A stretch of 64,000 nucleotides of DNA from Selaginella moellendorffii (taxonomy: Eukaryota > Plantae > Lycopodiophyta), in NCBI RefSeq assembly GCF_000143415.4, contig NW_003314332.1, positions 434,001-498,000 on the forward strand. The letters are read 5' to 3'. The notes beneath the pieces are model-generated. The model did no database searches. It was not told where the DNA came from and saw only the letters and a program-made list of their open reading frames with translations. The translations under genes were made by a program, and so were the position numbers. Within the stretch, counting starts at the first letter, position 1; each line of letters opens with the position of its first letter. Of this stretch, positions 1 to 11,699 are shown piece by piece.

Positions 1-710
1 CATGAGGTATGGGGAGGATCGTAAGATCCAAGTATGAGAACAGTAGGTATCTCATTGATGGCAGAATGTGCTATACTAAAGTTGTGGGAAAGATGTTCCC
101 AGAAGAAGGCAACTTTGGCCCAGAGTTGGGTGAAAACACTATGGTGCGGTGCTAACGGATAGTTAGCATGAGGAACAACTATATTGGTCTTAGCAAAGAC
201 CTAGACACTAATAAGTAGTGTCATAAGGGTAGGCTCGTGGGGCTGATGGTGTGAAGACACCAAAGAAGACATTCAGCTCTTGCCGCGAGGCATTTTCGTT
301 TGCCACAAAGCTAGAAAGAGAGCTTCTGGTCGACTTGGGGATTGCTAGAATTGATTTTGACCAAGCCATCATCCCGTCAGAGTCATCTTGTGCAGTTGTT
401 CACCTATCCACACCAAATTCTGTCGCTATTAAGCATACACCTCCAGCTCTTGAGAACTTTGTCAATGAGATGCGGCAGCTAAAGGAGATCATTCTGCAAC
501 AACAATCACACCATGACAAACTGCTCTAGGAGCTGGTGGAGTCAAAGAAAGAGGCTGCTACAGCTCGGGAACACAGATTTAAGTCCCGTTGGTGCACTCA
601 CTGCGAGACGAACACACACAACACACAGCGTTGCTTCAAGCTTCACCTAGAGCTTCGGCCTCCATCTTCTCAACGTGCCCAACAACATCCCTTCACTGAT
701 AACTCCACAC

Positions 711-2590
711 TGTGAGACACAAAATCCCTAGGCCCCAAAGTGGAGCCGGAAAGGGTGCCACGTGGTAGTGGCCGAAGCAAAAGCCAAATGAGTGTAACAC
801 GTTTGGACTAAAAGCTCTAACTTGGAAGGTTGAGAGCGGGAGTGGAACTCCCAACAAAGTGCTCAAGGAGCGAGCACGAAGCGAGCAATAAGCAAGGCTC
901 CAAAAAGGGACCCAAAAAGGACTGACACATGACACGTGGAAGTGTCTGAGATGGACTCAAAATGGAGTCTGATATGGAGTCCGAGATGGACCTGAAGTGG
1001 AGTCCAATATGGAGTCCGAGATGGAGTCCGAGATGGACCCGAAGTGGAGTCTGAGATGGAGTCCAATATGGAGTCCGAGATGGACCCGAAGTGGAGTCTG
1101 AGATGGAGTCCAATATGGAGTCCGAGATGGACCCGAAGTGGAGTCCGATATGGAGTCTGAGATGGAGTCCGAGATGGACCCGAAGTGGAGTCCAATATGG
1201 AGTTTGAGATGGACCCGAAGTGGAGTCCCATATGGAGTTTGAGATGGACCCAAAGTGGAGTCCGATATGGAGTCTGAGATGGGACCCGAGATGGACCTGA
1301 AGTGGAGTCCGAGATGGACCCAAAGTGGAGTCTGATATGGAGTCTGAGATGGACCCAAAGTGGAGTTCGATATGGAGTCTGAGATGGACCCGAAGTGGAG
1401 TCCGATATGGAGTCCGAGATGGGACCCGAGATGGAGTCCGAGATGGACCCGAAGTGGAGTCCGATATGGAGTCCGAGATGGGACCCGAGATGGAACCGAG
1501 ACCGAGACCGAGTCCGAGTCCGAATCCGGGACCGAGACCGAGTCCGAGTCCGAGTCCGAGTCCGAGTCCGAGTCCAAATACTAATACAGGCAGTTGGGTG
1601 AAAGCCCAAAGCGATTGTCCCCCGGGGGGGGGGGGGGGGGGGGGCTACGGGGGGTTCCAAAAGTATAGTAGGGAGAGTATGGGGGTTGAAACCCAGTGGA
1701 GCCAGTTTGGCCCAGGAAGGCCAGACCCAGTGTTGGGTGATGAGCTGACCACTGGGAAGTCCAAAACTAGAGTGAACACGGACCGACAAGCGGGGTAGCT
1801 TGGTGAAGTGTTCAAGAGCCGGCTCTAGTTCCCCTGGGAGATCGACTGGCCGATGCTCCCAGTCCAAGTGTGGGTGGCACTACCTACTTGGATACCAGGC
1901 ATGGCTCAATGGAACCTCGCTCTAGGCCCATGGCTAGAGCACCCAAGGGTGGAAGATGGGGAGAGTACCCAGGTGGCTCGCGTAAGGCCACGGTGTTCCG
2001 AAATGTTGTCCCAAAGGCCCCGACTGTGGAAAGGAAGAGGAGCAGTCCTCTGGGGTAGTGACAAAGGACACAGTTGTGTGGTGAGGAAGTCCCAGAGGAC
2101 TATGGGACTTACTGGTCGGGCCTGTGGGCCTCGATCCAGTGGCAATGTTGACAAACACGGCCAGGGGCAGAAAGGGACTTAATGGGGACTGGCAGAGGGA
2201 TATTGGGGAAGGCTATTCCCCTTGTTGGTGGGCATCCTAAGGATGCTAAGGAGTGGATCTGAGATGACCACTCACAGATGGTTTGCCTAGTCTTGGAGAG
2301 ACAAGACCGTGTTGCAAGTGGTATTGGACTACCAGTGCGGCAAGGGTGATTGGGCATGGCCTTAGCATAACAGGCTGCTATGTTGGTGGTACCTTTGAGT
2401 GTCGGTCATGGGATCGGACACATGGAGCACTTGGACCAAGTGCAAAGGTTGGGTGGCATGGAAGCCATTCTCGGGGCTAGCAAGCCCCAAGTCTTGAATG
2501 GGACTTATGGAGGTTGTGAATGAGACTCCTCCAAGTGGTCGGAGGTGTGGTTAAGTGACTAAAGTAGAATGGAAAATTTAGTCGCTTACA
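711..2590. mobile_element. Solo LTR (1880 bp) of a family related to the 15963-23507 element, in opposite orientation
   Basis: TG...CA ends; 5-bp TSD CACAC at 706-710 and 2591-2595; right end is a near reverse complement of the chromovirus LTR start; removal restores the gag frame. Confidence 0.93.
938..1576. repeat. Tandem array inside the solo LTR built from 12/11-bp monomers, grading into (CCGAGT)n
   Basis: Repeated GGAGTCCGAGAT, GGACCCGAAGT and GGAGTCCGATAT units. Confidence 0.95.
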
Positions 2591-5500
2591 CACACCACCT
2601 CGGGGTCCAAAGACATATCAGGAGCAGTTGGAGCGACAAGCAATTGAGGCAGCCCCTTCGTCAAGCAAAGGCAAGGCACCAGCCTCATTGGTCAACACGA
2701 TTTTGGTAGCCGAGGAACTCCATAGGCAACAGCAGCAAACCACAGCCACTCGAGCCCAAGTGAAGAAGAAGGTAGCCGCTCAGCTTGCCACAGATCCCCC
2801 GGTGCCGGTTGAGAGTGAATCCCCGTCTGCATCAGACCTGGTGACACAGAGGGTGGCTTGTAAGCTCCCCTTCAAGTCACTACTCTCTTCTCCTCCTGAG
2901 ATCTCACCAACAACTATTCCTGTGCTGGAGCCGGTTCTTCAACAGCTGGTTGACACTCCTGTCACCTTTTCGCTCCGAGACATGTTGTGTCTTATCCCGG
3001 GATTCGGCCAGCGTTTAGAGGAGTTTGCACTATCAGGAACACCAGAGAGCACTCTCAAGAGGACTCCTCAAGGGGTGCACATGGTCGACATGACAAGATA
3101 TGGTGGAGATCCTGGTCCATTCTTCATCCCAGTGCAGATTGGTACTTCCTGTTGTAGGATGGATGCTTTAGTTGACTCTGGTTCCGGAAGCAACATTATC
3201 TCTCTCGAAGCTGCCCTTTCAGCACAGCTACAGATCACTGAGAGCTCCTCCATCGTGCTCAAGACCTTCGCCAACCACATTGTTCCTCCAGCGGGTATTT
3301 GCCGTGGTGTCAAGGTCTCAGTGCAAGGTGAGGTGGATTTCCTCGTGGTTGACTACCAACGTCTGGGAACGTCCTCTTTGAAGGAATCTATCATCCTTGG
3401 CCGCTCATGGCAAGTCACAGCCCATTGCACCATCGACAGTGCAAAAGGCAAGATGGAAATTAGCGATGGAACCAATAGTACCACCTTCTTCAACAACCAT
3501 GGCTGAGCTCTTTCTCAGCAAGCCCAATAGGCTCAGACTAAGATGGCCTCCACACCACACTTCCCTCCCGAGCTCACAGAGGTTTTTCCTGAGTTGGCGG
3601 TGGAGTCGACCATCTATATGATGGATGCTTTCTCATGCAATGCAATTGACATGGTTGGAGGTGAGTCAGATAGCCCAAGACATCTCTCAACTTCACTCTC
3701 TTTATTTGAGAGTAAGGCTGAGCCTCTAGACAGGCTCTCTTTATTTGATGGTGGGGCTTATAGAGTATGGGCTCTTATATCCAGCTTTTCGGAGTGTTTC
3801 TTGATAGAGGAAGGGCTCCTTGATTTGTTTCTTGCATGGGACCAACTCTCTCTTATGGAGCTTGACAACACAGTCACTCCAGACCAGGTCCATCTTTCGC
3901 AGGACACAGCCAAACTCAATCCTCCTCAGCAACTATCTGAGGTGTCACACAGCCAGCATCTTCCTACTAAAATCGTAGTAGCTGATGACTCCAAGTGTAT
4001 TTCGTCATGCCGTTTCTTGGAGATGGAGGATGACATCCAGACACACAACTGGCAAAAAGAATCAAGCCAGTCGGACGTGCTGCATGCGAGTTATAGCTCT
4101 TTGAGTTCAAAATTTCCTACCATGGAACCCCCGGTACAGGTCTAAGTGTATTACACTGAAACTTCAGCACCAGACTTGGACTGGACTTCAGTAGAGGATC
4201 TTCCTTCACTTGTAGAGTACTTGGCTACAGTTCTTGCTTGGACATCGAGCACTCAGAGCATCAGAGGCAAAGAGAACAACAGACAAAGACTCCGGATCCA
4301 ACAGCAGTGTTCTTGCCTGACTGGCCAGAGACAATCTTGCCGGATGTGGTGTCTCCAGCATCTTTATTTGAAGAAGAGAACACTCCTATGATTACAGCTT
4401 ATTTCGACGGTGCGTTCTGCCCCAAAAACTAGGTTGCCGGCATTGGAGTTTGGATGATTGATCCGTTGGAGAACAAAGTAGCCAACCTCTCTATCACTTT
4501 GCTAGCAACATCAGCTAATGAAGCAGAGTACTTGGCAGCTATCACCGCCATGAAGTTGGCCATAGATCTCAAGTTTAGGTGAGTCACTTTCATTGGAGAT
4601 GCACAACTCATCATACGCCAACTTACTGGAGAATACCAAGTCCGCAAAGAGAACCTGAAAGAGTTATGGCAGCAGGCGGTCAACCTGAAGGATGAGTTCT
4701 CTCATATGACTTTTCAAAGTGTCCCTCACGAGGAAAACTTTTGGGCAGACAGGTTATCACATCAAGCAATCACCATGATGCGAGAGGCAAAAGGCACTCC
4801 CTGCTCTTTGGTTTCCAAGGTCAGGGAGGAATCTGAGATAGATGAGCCCCATGAGCACAAGGTTTTTCCAGACTCTAGGGTTCATGCCATTTCCCTAGGT
4901 GATGACAAGGACCCAATCTTTATCACCACATCGCTTGCTCAACAAACGCAGCAAAGCTCTTGGATCTCCTTCATTGTTTCAAGGACATGTTTGCTTGGGA
5001 CTACAGCCAGCTTCTAGGAGTTCCCATGGACACAATCATGCATAGTATTGTGCTTTCAGAGATAGCCAAACCAGTCCGTCAAAAGATGTGGCATTTCAGC
5101 CCGGTAGCTCACTCAGAGATGAAGTTGGAGATCGAGTGACTTCTGGTAGCTGACTTTATTTATCCTTTGGAGAACTTAGAGTGGGTGGCCAATCTCGTTC
5201 CTGCACACAAGGCAAATGGAAAACTCCGCATCTGCATTGACTTTCAAGACCTAAACAAGGCAACTACGAAAGACCATTTTCCGACTCCATTTATCGATGC
5301 GATTGTGGATGAGATGGCTGGTCACCAGTACTACTCTTTCATGGATAGCTTTTCAGGGTATAACCAGATCTTCATTCATCTGGATCATAGAGATCTTATG
5401 GCCTTCCAGACACCTTAGGGCGTCTTGCTATTTGGTTTCAGGGTATAACCAGATCTTCATTCATCTGGATCATAGAGATCTTGAGGTCTTCCAGACACCA

Positions 5501-7124
5501 TACTATGCCTCACATTCATTCAAGGAGACTGAGAAGAAGTACGTGGATGCAGAAAAAGAAGTAGTGGCTGTTGTTTACACCTTGGAGCGATTTTGTCACT
5601 TTCTTGTTGGAGCCCGTATCCATTTCCATGTCTATTTTAATGTGCTGACCTTTCTTTTACAGCGACCGGTTCATAGTCCTTGTACTTTATCTTGGATTGT
5701 GACCATCCAAGAGTTCCAGCCAACTTTTCACATCTGGCGGAAGCGTGTGATGGATCCAAGTGAGTTCCTGGTTGCCGAAACTACTTCCTTTGTGGTCCCA
5801 GCAGCATTACAGGACATTGCGGTGTACCTGGATTCAGGTCAGTTCCCAGCAAATTCCTCACCAATACAACAAAAGGCATTGGAGATCTGAGCATAGGGGT
5901 TTTGCCTTCTCAACGGACTCCTTTACCATGGGACTTCTTAGGAAGTTTTGTTGCGGTTTGTGGGGGAACACGTCCCTGAGCTCCTTTGCGCTTTCCACTC
6001 TTGTGCGGGGCATTTCTCAGGACGGGTCACAGCACAGCTCCTCTTGTGCCATGGCTACTTTTGGCCTCGGATTCACCAGGACAGCCTGGCCTATGCAAAG
6101 GCATGTGAGAAGTGCCAATGGTTCAACCCCTGGAGCCATGTTCCACGTCTTGCTTTCCAGCTTATCACTTCTCTGGGTCCCTTTTACCACTGGGGACTTG
6201 ACTTTGTCAGCCCGATCAACCCACCGAGCTCAAAAGGGCAGCAATACATCATCGTGGCGACGGACTATTTCACAAAATGGGTTGAGGCCACCCCTCTGCG
6301 ACAAGCAGATCAATAGTCTACAGCAAAGTTTGTCTACGAGTATATCATTTGCCGATTCAAAGTTCCCGCTATTTTGATTTCCAATCGAGGCAACGGCTTC
6401 CTCGGACAGGTGATGCAGCATCTTCTCTAGCAGCTGCAGGTCAAGCACGTGAAGAGCAGTAGCTATTATCCTGAGTGCAATGGCCAGGCGGAGTCCAACA
6501 ACAAGATATTGAAGACAGTCATCTCAAAGCTTGTGGAGGATCACTCGAGGCATTGGCACAAGCACTTGGTTACAGCATTGTGGGCCTTTTGGACGTCCTT
6601 CAAGACATCCATTTCCGCAACCCCATTCTCCCTTGTCTATGGGACAGAGGCCGTGCTTCCAGTGGAGATCCAAGTGCCATCGCTCTCACTTTCACTTCAA
6701 TATGCAACAGCGATGCAGCTTAGCGATGAGGACAAGCTTCATGCACGTGACTTGGAGGTTCTTGCCTTGGAAGACGATCCATGATTGAACATCTCCTTCG
6801 AGGCAAGCAGAAGATCAAGTCAGTCATTGATCACCAGCGGTCTGCCAAACCATTCAAGGACGGCAATTTTGTTCTACTCAAGGAGTTCACGCCACCTTCG
6901 AAGTTCTGCCCTCGCTGGACTGGCCCCTACTTTGTCCAGTGACACATTGGAGGTGGAGCATATGTGCTAGTTGATGGTAATGGACGTGAGCTCCCACACG
7001 CTCATAACCACTCTCATCTCAAACGCTTCATCCAGTGAGGCGTTCCTCTTCTCTTCTTTTTCTTTTTCTTTTTCTTCCTTTCTTTCACTTTACTTTCATG
7101 GCTACTTTTCTTACTTTCAGGGGG

Positions 7125-8346
7125 TGTTTCTCCATTGGACCATGGCCCATGCCTTGGATTTCGTGCTCAAGCTGCATTGCCGTTTGTATGGAGGTTCCTT
7201 GCTTGGCCCGGTCTATATTCCAAGTTCTTTGGCCCTTCCCTTACCATTACTACACCCCACACATTCCCCTCACTCATTCCATATCATCTACACTCACAAT
7301 TCCATCACCAATCACTTCCAGCAGTGTTGCCCGCACTTATCTCTAGATGCCCGTCTTGCACCTTTCATTCTTTTACCATCATTCACATCTCCGCTTGAGG
7401 TCACATTTACACCATACCAAAGACACACATACGTGCACCAGCAGCAAAAGACACCACCTCGTTTGGACATGCCGTTTCCGAGATACCCTTACGACCATTT
7501 GCCGACAACGTGCTAGCTTTTCTGGAGCGACTTTCTTCCAACTAGGTGAACCTGTTCACTCAAGGCACCTTGGTGGATCTTTAGGTGAGGCCAAAGAAGT
7601 CGAAGCTACTTTCTTCTGCTCCAGCACTCAGTGGACACATGCCACCTCTCTTTACCAACAACCCAGCGACTACGCCATCCTTTTCAGCTGCTGTCTTCCT
7701 CAGTCCGACACATCAGTCCATTGGCCTACCACTTCTCAGAGTGCCACCACCATATCAGTGCTCCACCATATCACTCCACCATATCGGTGCTGCAGCAGGC
7801 GTAGGAGTAGGAGCGAGAGCAGGTGGTTACCAGTTACAAGTCCCTGGTTACTGGTTACCAGTTACCGGTTACCAGTTACTGGCTACTCCGAGAGGTCAAC
7901 GCTTACTCTACAGGCCAATGGTTATCAATGGCCACTTCAGAGTGCCACCACCATCTCTGCGCTCCACTATATCACTCCATCTTTCATCATTTCCACACTT
8001 ACCACCCTTGGGCAATGCATCCCCTCTTCTACCTCTCTTTCTTTCTCGATTTCGGCCAATCCTTGGAGCATACCAGAAGTCATCAAGAGACTGCATTTGC
8101 ATATATTACACTTTCCTGAGCCGAAATCCAGATATGGGTTAAGTTCTTTGGGTACTCACTCTTTTTCCTCTATTTTTCTCCTCTTTTCACACTTTGTTTG
8201 CTCTTTTTCTTCAACTTTAGGGTCCAATTTGACTACAGGGTTTCCCACCGGGTTTTCCTCCCTATCTCCAAACTTCACACCTACCTCTTTTCTTTCTTTT
8301 CCACTTTGTTTTCTAGAGTTTCTATTATTTCACGCAGCTACCAACA
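7125..8346 (+). mobile_element. Putative LTR or 3' non-coding region of the Tat element
   Basis: Follows integrase stop and AGGGGG; begins TG, ends CCAACA; contains (GTTACCA)-like tandem at ~7826-7882 and a ~50-bp duplication (7730/7932). No second copy in the window to confirm boundaries. Confidence 0.4.
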
Positions 8347-8439
8347 CTTGGCATCAGTAGCAGAGGTACACTCTACACTCTTCGGAGGGTTCTCGCGTGT
8401 CTAGAGCCAGTGCAATCCACCATGGTCGCATGTTAGGGC

Positions 8440-8825
8440 ATAACCATTGAGAGAGTGAGAGAGAGAGAGAGGGAATATTCTAGGCCTTAGAATATTCCCC
8501 ATCTTCCTTGTATAAAACCCTTGCCTCAAAAGGGCAAGGGGGGGCATTTGTGAAGAGCATTGAAGCATTTCTCGTGTTTGAGTGAGCGTTGGGGGACTTC
8601 CCCTAACACTTTTGGGGATCCTTTATCCTACGACACCTCGGGGAGTTGGTTCCTTACAGAGGAATAGTCTTCTGATGTAGTGACCAAGGATACAATCATA
8701 TGGTGAAGAAGTCCCAAAGGACAAAGTTAGGAATAGGACTTATAGAGGTTGTGCGCAAGACTCCTCTAAGTGGTTAAAGGTATGGTTAATTAACTAAAGT
8801 AAAATGGAAAATTTAGTCTATTACA
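8440..8825. mobile_element. Mosaic of LTR terminal fragments
   Basis: 8613-8657 matches the last ~45 bp of the chromovirus LTR; ~8735-8825 matches the last ~90 bp of the solo LTR 711-2590. Confidence 0.75.
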
Positions 8826-9695
8826 AGAGGTAGTTCCATCACTCATTTAAGTCGGTGTGTTTCCTATATAGTGTGCTTTCTGTTAACTTTTGGAGTTGTT
8901 TCCTTGACAGTTTGCTAGACTTGGGTATGCATCAATGAGGACATCGATCTTCCTTAAGAGGGGAAAGTGTCGTAAATGTGACTTCAAGTATTAAAAGATA
9001 CTTGTCAGCAAGTCCTTATAGACACCCTTTCTTTACTGCTATGACAACAAGAGGTTGGTACAGTTGGATCCCTTTGGTAGCCCCTCTTGTGCTAGTGGAG
9101 TTAATTAGACATTTTGAGTGTACTTAAACTAGAAAAACATAAGAACGGAATTCCTATATGCTATTAGCTAAGCATACCTACCTCGATAAGGAGTTCTTGT
9201 CTCGTTATATCTTGCATTGGCAGTAACAAGAACCCCTATATATTGAGATTAATCCCTAAATATCGCCAAATGATAGCTTACCATATCTACCAAACACAAA
9301 ATGTTGGTCCCGTTTAGTCCTAATTACTATTTATGGAATATGCCAAAATTTACTAATTTGGCATATATATGGAATGTAAAGGTTGTCCTGAACACGATAG
9401 TGTTGGTCTTGTGTCTAAATACGCAATCTAGTGCCATTCCATAATTAGTAAGTTTCAAACTTGTCCTAAAGACTAACTCGTAGTACTAAGGGAGGCTAGG
9501 GGTGAAAGCCCAAAACATGTGTTCCTCAAGATGGAAGGGGGGGGGGGGGGGGGTGGGGGGGGTTCCAAATGTATAGTAGGGGTAGTGGTTGGAATGCATG
9601 TTGCACCACTTAAGATATTAATTTGGCTCTTGTTGGGTTATGTTGCTCTTTGTTTTACGTCTGGCTTGGGTCTAAACCCAAGCTCCATGTTACTT
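8826..9695 (+). mobile_element. 3' internal end, PPT and truncated LTR of LTR family C
   Basis: PPT AAGAGGGGAAAG 8956-8967 followed by TG at 8968; reverse complement of ~25300-26130. Confidence 0.8.
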
Positions 9696-9699
9696 TAGT

Positions 9700-11525
9700 T
9701 GGGTGGGTTCCCTCCTCATCGCATTAGGCCACTGGTACACTAAAATCATGGCAGACACCCATCTAACACTATTTAACATATAAGTGTTGGATATGGGGAG
9801 CTGGTGCTTGTGGAATTGTAAATATACCAGACCCTCATTTCATAGTGCAATGGACTTGGAATTCAACTCTAAATTTAGGTGTGCTACATAAAGCTTTTCC
9901 AATGCAGATCTCTTGACTAGTGTTGTTGAAGGAGGTGCAATGTTGATATATAGGGAACTCCTACATTTGCCATAGCACATAAATCCAAATGCAAAAGATA
10001 CTACTTATCTAGATTGAGGCCATGTTAATGCATCGAAAATGCTCAATTTCTCACTTTTGCTAAGTGCTGCAAAAAGGAAGTAATAGCCTCATCAATATAT
10101 ACAAGACAATTTTAAATACCTTTAGCAATGAAGCCCCATTGATGTTGGTAAGGAAAGACCTTGATATGTCTTAGATCTCTTTTCTACCTTGGGCTGAAAT
10201 GATGCCAAAAGAGGAATAAAATAAAAGTATCATAAAGAATTTTTACCCAAGTGCATGCTCCATTGGTTGGACTAGATTAGCAGGAATATGGGATGGCCTA
10301 AAGAATTGGCCACAACAATAGGGATGAAGATTCTATATAGCAACCCAGTGGGAAATATCCTTTGCAAGGTAAGGTGTAAACACACATTGCAAACTTTATC
10401 TATGCTATGGATTAAAGACATCCAAAATTATAATATCCTCTATCAACTCAAAAAAGTGCTTGTAAAACTATATGCATGCTCAAAAAGTTTATGCTAGAAG
10501 TGCTCAATACACTACAACAAAGTAGTGAGTAGTTGAGTAGCCAAAAGACACAAAAGTAATATACTTAATTTTGTGTTGACCCAGCAATTCATTATATCAG
10601 CCTCAACCTCATTATGCTCAAGGGCATTGTCATTTCTCAATTGTTTTGGCCTACTAAAGTGCCTCACAACCCATGTGTAAGTGTTTAAAATGGCATGTGC
10701 TTGTTTTGTGGTTGAGAGCTCATAAAAAACAATGTAATGAGTTGCACCATAGATCACTACATGACATAAAAACTGTATGTCACAAGTTTGCAATAGACTA
10801 CAACAAAGAAAACTAAGATTAGTTTTTAAGAATAGTTTGTAGAATATAAAATTGAACTCACAATCCATATGGCATACTGCATAAAGCATGTCATTTGAAT
10901 ATACTCATTAATCAATTCTAGTCATGTGTTTTTATTGGAGTCTAGATAGTTTGTGTATAGCTAAAGTTTGCCATATTTGGAGTCAACTAAATCAATATCT
11001 TGCAATTCTACAGTCCGAGCAAGAGTTGATAACCCCCTAGTTTATGCTAGCATGATTCATAGAAATATTAGCTTGGACAAGATTCAATACCTCTCTTGAT
11101 GGCATCATGTTATATACATGCTTCCAATTGGGATCAATAAGCTCGTAACTTGTACAGTGTTGGTCTTGAAATTCCAAGGTAAGTTGCAAGGTAACTAGTA
11201 GTTTTGGTCTAGAGAATTTTAAGTTGCATCCAAGTAACATTTCCAAAGAAATAAAAGAGCCTCAATCACCCAACACTTTCAACTATAGAGATCTCCTGCC
11301 CCATGTTTTGCAACGCCTAGAATAGAGGGAAAATACATGTCCCTTGGGAAAGATTTATCTTTATGCTAGAAAAACTCTCATTTATTTGAGTGCTTTCTTT
11401 GATGGGGAAGTTCCAAGGAAATAAATCAAAGGACATATTGGATAGATATTTTCTTTGGAACAGGCATTCTCTCAAAATCTTGTTGGTATAGCCTATAAAG
11501 ATTTTCTCCATGCAATACAAAATTT
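9700..11525 (-). mobile_element. Highly degenerate LINE (L1-like) reverse transcriptase remnant
   Basis: ORF 11317-11520 resembles LDxEKAFD...INGxxS...QGCPLSPLLF (CMEKIF...QINESFSS...QGTCIFPLF); downstream TYLGI near 11170; left boundary uncertain. Confidence 0.5.
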
Positions 11526-11699
11526 AAAGGAAAAGAAAAGAAGGGGCAAATATTCTAAGAGTAACATTTACATTTTTCTTGCCCCATTCTATAAACTCTA
11601 TTAACAACCATGAGGATTCATAAATAAAGGTTACTAGGCCAATAAAGAAAAAAAAAATTCCACAATACGTTTGCATACAAAAGCAAACAAAAGCAAGAG

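Larger units (their letters stand above)
251..7038 (+). mobile_element. Decayed Ty3/gypsy Tat-type retrotransposon gag-pol (GAG-PR-aRNH-RT-RH-INT), with stops, frameshifts and a nested solo LTR
   Basis: Zn knuckle WCTHCETNTHNTQRC at 590-634; protease LVDSGS in ORF 2628-3506; archaeal-type RNase H (AYFDGA...NEAEY...GDAQLII...NFWADRLS) ~4390-4770; RT LRICIDFQDLNKA/MDSFSGYNQI 5167-5418; RH C-term YYAS...EKE; integrase [24 protein letters not shown], ending at TGA 7036-7038. Confidence 0.92.

Noticed and set aside
1-250. Possible end of another nested element
   Set aside because: No matching copy or boundary visible in the window
938-1576. CRISPR-like periodicity
   Set aside because: No unique spacers, eukaryotic LTR context, no cas genes
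817-1867. Long overlapping repetitive ORFs on both strands (also 16746-17072, 23140-23454)
   Set aside because: By-products of LTR tandem repeats that lack stop codons
6971-8404. ORFs of 181, 337 and 185 aa after integrase as an env-like gene
   Set aside because: Low-complexity, pyrimidine-rich sequence open in several frames with no motifs
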